Source: a bacterium (GTDB taxonomy: Bacteria; Hydrothermota; Tepidihabitantia; Tepidihabitantales; Tepidihabitantaceae). Taken from it: 64,000 bases of DNA. Positions 63,614 to 64,000 of this stretch are shown one piece after another. Under the pieces are notes generated by a model, which was not told the DNA's origin, made no database searches, and saw only the letters and a list, made by a program, of their open reading frames with translations. Every line of letters starts with the position of its first letter. The first letter of the stretch is position 1. The stretch spans positions 32,449 through 96,448 of the forward strand of contig JAWOHE010000089.1 of the NCBI GenBank assembly GCA_046485285.1. The letters run 5' to 3'. Position numbers and translations under genes: made by a program.

Positions 63614-64000
63614 ATGAAGCGGCTGATGGTCCTGACCGTAATCGTGGCGGCGGTGCTGAGCTTCGCCGGCTGCGAGAAGCAGACCAAGCTGGTCGGCACG
63701 CTGATCCTGCAGACCGGGCAGACCGGCGACGTCCAGAACAGCAAGGTCCAGTTGTTCCTTTCGGCCGACCTGACCGGCAACCCGGTCAAGGAGGTCGGGT
63801 CGAAGTCGGAGGGCAACGCGTCCCGGTCCGCGTTCGAGTTCACCGACGTCCTGCCCGGCTACTACTACGTGCTGGCCTGGAAGGACCTGAACGGCGACGG
63901 CGTCGTCAGCGACAAGGACATCGTCGGCATCCACGGCGGTACCTACCGGCCCGGCTACGGCGGGTCGCAGGTGACCGTGTCGGAGGGCAAGACGACCGAC
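63614..64000 (+). CDS. hypothetical lipoprotein (5' part; runs off the window)
   Basis: MKRLMVLTVIVAAVLSFAGC lipoprotein signal. Beta-rich. No stop codon before the window end. Confidence 0.5.
   Translation, partial: MKRLMVLTVIVAAVLSFAGCEKQTKLVGTLILQTGQTGDVQNSKVQLFLSADLTGNPVKEVGSKSEGNASRSAFEFTDVLPGYYYVLAWKDLNGDGVVSDKDIVGIHGGTYRPGYGGSQVTVSEGKTTD

Overview
This is a 64-kb bacterial chromosomal segment with high GC (about 68-70% by eye). It probably comes from an uncultivated lineage that secretes proteins through T9SS-type C-terminal sorting domains; eight predicted cargo proteins end in the ...G.YF.R.......L.L. beta-sandwich tail.

Housekeeping genes: signal peptidase I (lepB), L-glutamate-gamma-semialdehyde/P5C dehydrogenase (rocA) with an adjacent P-loop NTPase, an archaeal/eukaryal-type pheS/pheT pair, a P-type Ca/Mg-type ATPase, a TldD/PmbA pair, a LonC-like protease, a sigma-54 activator, an S41 peptidase, and several secreted hydrolases (M28, C1, cutinase-like, BNR).

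Accessory content:
- A ~4.5-kb low-GC island at 35.2-39.7 kb carries a GHKL-ATPase protein with a DUF3883/PD-(D/E)xK-like tail, a DUF4263 (Shedu-like) nuclease and small ORFs. It sits next to a GIY-YIG nuclease gene bracketed by ~135-bp direct repeats and long 12-nt tandem arrays.
- A three-gene operon is built around a minimal caspase/CHAT-like protease.
- A T9SS cargo gene carries one in-frame TGA followed by a SECIS-like hairpin, making it a candidate selenoprotein.
- Two copies of a ~190-bp restriction-modification methyltransferase tail remnant with their own promoter; a split Cas4-like nuclease without any CRISPR array; a disrupted DUF6448 gene; a dispersed GC-rich hairpin repeat family.

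No rRNA, tRNA, CRISPR array or transposase/integrase was recognised. Many long ORFs in the six-frame track are GC-driven shadow ORFs and are not reported.
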